From Octopus sinensis (lineage: Eukaryota): a DNA stretch of 39,237 nt. The notes under the pieces are model-generated. The model saw only the letters and a program-made list of their open reading frames with translations, ran no database searches and was not told where the DNA came from. Positions within the stretch are counted from its first letter, which is position 1, and every line of letters begins with the position of its first letter. This document shows, piece after piece, positions 36,660 to 39,237 of the stretch. The stretch spans positions 1-39,237 of the forward strand of contig NW_021835702.1 of NCBI RefSeq assembly GCF_006345805.1. The letters are read 5' to 3'. The translations under genes and the position numbers were made by a program.

Positions 36660-36838
36660 TCTGTCTGTCTTTGTAGCTGTGCTTGTCTCCCATCTCCACT
36701 TTACAACCGGTGTTGGTGTGTTTACGTTCTCGTTTGCCAGAAGAGAACGATAGAATAAGTATCAGGCAAATTGTTCAAGGCAGTGCTCCAGCATGGGGCA
36801 GTGTGATGACTGAAACAATAGACACAAGTTAAAAAGAT
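36660..36838 (+). mobile_element. SINE 3' half (37863 family), degraded
   Basis: ACAACCGGTGTTGGTGTGTTTACG...GATAGAATAAGTA...GTGCTCCAGCATGG...TGACTGAAACA. Confidence 0.7.
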
Positions 36839-36848
36839 ATGCATGTAT

Positions 36849-37856
36849 ATATGGTGGATGACAGAGTACTTCCAAGCTCAGTTCCTGTAACTTGAGTAGC
36901 GTTTTTTTGCAACATGTGGTCGAGCATTGTCTTGCAAGAGAATTGGCCTGTCTCTACCGACCAATCTCGGTTGTTTAATTGCGTGTTCACTCATCATTTC
37001 ATCCAGTTGGTTCATGTATACATCCGCTGTAATTGACTTACCAGGTCTCATGAGGCGGTAGTGGATAACACCAGCGTTGGACCACTAAACAGACACCATT
37101 AGCTTTTTTTGGCGAATATTCTTTTTTGGATTGTGTTTTGGCACTTTGTCTCTATCCAACAACCGTACAGAACATTTGCTATTGTTGAAAAGAATCAACT
37201 TTTCATGACACATAACAATACGATGCAAAAATGGTTCGCTTTTATGCCATGGCAGCAAAGAACTGCAAGTTTCAAGACGATGTGTCATTTGATGCTCGTT
37301 CAGTTCGTGTGGTACCCACTTGTCCAGCTTCTTTACCTTGCGCAATTTGCTTCAGATGGTCCAATACAGTTGGAATAGAAACATCAAACCGTGCTGCTAA
37401 CTCACGCGTAGTTTGAGATATATATGCGCTCCCGCTACAGTTTTCAGCTCATCATTATCCACCTTGGTCTCGGGTTTACTACGGAGGCTAATTTTCAAGA
37501 GTAAAGTCATCAGACCGGAACTTGTCAAACCATTGACGTACAGTGCATTCATTCGCCACATCTTCACCAAACACCTCATTGATGTTTCGTGCTGTCTGGG
37601 AAGCATTGGCTCCACAATGGAACTCATATTCATGAACAACACGAATTTACGAATTTTTCATGTACCCATGGGTTCACAAAAAATGATTTACTAAAAAAAA
37701 ACAATTCACAATATAATCAGACACCATGAGTTGCATTTCGAAAAGTGATGATGTAACTCTTCAATGTTGTAAAACTAAGAACTGTCAGGATAAAACATTA
37801 GAATTAACAACTTGGTGCATAAGAAAATCGGACATTTCATTTTTAATGACCTCATA
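36849..37856 (-). mobile_element. Mariner (Tc1/mariner) transposon relic, 3'-truncated
   Basis: The HTH region reads IRVVHEYEFHCGANASQTARNINEVFGEDVANECTVRQWFDKFRS. Further motifs are KKLDKWVPHEL, MCHEK (decayed TCDEK), LLQDNARPHVAK and LCHPPY, after which the element breaks before SPDLAP. A TIR-like TATGAGGTCATTAAAAATG lies at the 5' end next to TA. Confidence 0.9.
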
Positions 37857-37862
37857 TATATA

Positions 37863-38257
37863 GGCGTAGGAGTGATTGTGTGGTAAGTAGCTTGCTTACG
37901 AACTACATGGTTCCGAGTTCAGTCTCACTGCGTAGCACCTTGGGCAAGTGTCTTCTAATATAGCCTCGGGCCGACCAAAGCCTTGTGAGTGGATTTGGTA
38001 GACGGAAACTGAAAGAAGCCCATCGTATATGTATGTATATATATATATGTGTGTGTGTGTGTGTATGTTTGTGTGCCTGTGTTTGTCCCACCGACATCGC
38101 TTGACAGCCGATGGTGGTGTGTTTACGTCCCCGTAACTTAGCGGTTCTGCAAAAGAGACCGGTAGAATAAGTTCTGGGGTCGATTTGCTCGACTGAAGGC
38201 GTTGCTCCAGCATGGCCACACTCAAATGACTAAAACAAGTAAAAGAGTAAAAGAGTA
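37863..38257 (+). mobile_element. Full-length tRNA-derived SINE with internal (TA)/(TG) tract and AAGAGTA tail
   Basis: The head is GGCGTAGGAGTGATTGTGTGGTAAG...GGTTCCGAGTTCAGTC, followed by body, 3' half and repeated AAAGAGT. Confidence 0.88.
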
Positions 38258-38269
38258 TATGTATATTAT

Positions 38270-39237
38270 TATATATATATATATAAAACTCAACTGTGTG
38301 TGTATCTGTGTGTGTGTCTGTGTGTTTAACTTCCCGGCACATCTCCCCCTATCCAACAAATCGTAGAACCACCAAAAATGGGTCACTTAAAGTTTAGGCG
38401 AATGAAAATTGAACTGCGCTATTTCTGTTCCGAAATTCATCTCGCAAGTGCAAAAATCGATAATGTGTTTGTTTAGGCCTTATCCCATGCATTGAATAGT
38501 GAACTTTACTCAGTCAGCTGTTTGACGTGAACTGTGTTCACCACGCGTGCAAGCATGCGTAAATTGCATGAAAAATAAAAAATCAAGATATAAAAACGAA
38601 TCGCTGTAAACATTGTAGAAATTCGGCAAAGAAATGAATTTTCAGGATGTAGCCTGGGGGGTTTTTTCGTATTAATCGTTTGGACTTTGTGAACACATAC
38701 CAATTGTTTTCATAACATTTTTAACGCTTTGAATTAAATGTGACCATTTTGCGTTGAGCCTGCAGTTTGAATCACTTAACCAAATTTTAGCAGGCCGGAT
38801 TTTGATCATCACGATACATCGCCAGCGACTCCCTGAAACTCTCCCTGAAATCCCCGTTGAGAAATCTATATATATAAAACTCAACTTGTGTGTCTGTTGT
38901 GTATCTGTGTGTTTAACTTTTGGATCAACCAAGTTTCATTATTAAGGATGGAAAGTAGTGTGTAGCAAATCTCTTATATAAAAAAGCTGAAGTTGTCTGT
39001 GTGTGGCAGGTTGGTAGCCTTCAACTAACACTATCTCCTTCGAGACCCTGCAGCGCAAGTTGACCAAAATGAGAGTATGATAGAAGAACGCTTGCTCTTC
39101 ATTCTGTAGAAGATAAAATTCAAATCGGACCATGTTAAGACCAAAAATCATTTACATCAAAAAGGTGCTTTTTTTCTATGAAAATCGCTATTTTTTACGA
39201 TTTTTGACTGCTGTGTCACCATCTTTCGGTGTATTTC
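38270..39237 (+). mobile_element. Cluster of Helitron-like 5' ends (~38275, ~38865, ~38970); last element runs off window
   Basis: TATATATAAAACTCAACT.TGTGTG occurs twice and TCTCTTATATAAAAAAGCTGAAGTTGTCTGTGTGTG once. All resemble the 5' ends at 26453 and 28283. No 3' ends are seen. Confidence 0.45.

Overview
This is AT-rich eukaryotic, animal-type DNA dense in microsatellites ((TA)n, (CA)n, (TATG)n, (ATCT)n, (AAT)n). The SINE families and overall texture suggest a coleoid cephalopod such as an octopus, which is an inference from repeat motifs only. No intact protein-coding gene is visible, and almost all short ORFs in the track are microsatellite translations. Recognisable elements are: a frameshifted Penelope-like retroelement with RT and C-terminal GIY-YIG endonuclease (1-~1960, minus); two R4/Dong-type RLE LINE 3' fragments; a 5'-truncated, chimeric L1/Tx1 LINE set in (ATCT)n (14369-18351); a decayed mariner; many tRNA-derived SINEs of three families; and several non-autonomous Helitron-like elements, including a head-to-tail composite array (24853-29038). 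The most notable signal is structured RNA. There is one apparently intact type I hammerhead ribozyme (2160-2252) and several degenerate ones, two of them in a ~554-bp tandem array that resembles a retrozyme. There is also a 78-bp-arm hairpin with strand-biased G-U pairs and a ~0.7-kb-arm foldback duplication that breaks at a LINE 3' end. Three small, phase-compatible minus-strand candidate exons suggest the window lies within long introns of an unidentified host gene. All alignments and folds were done by hand, and coordinates marked ~ are approximate.
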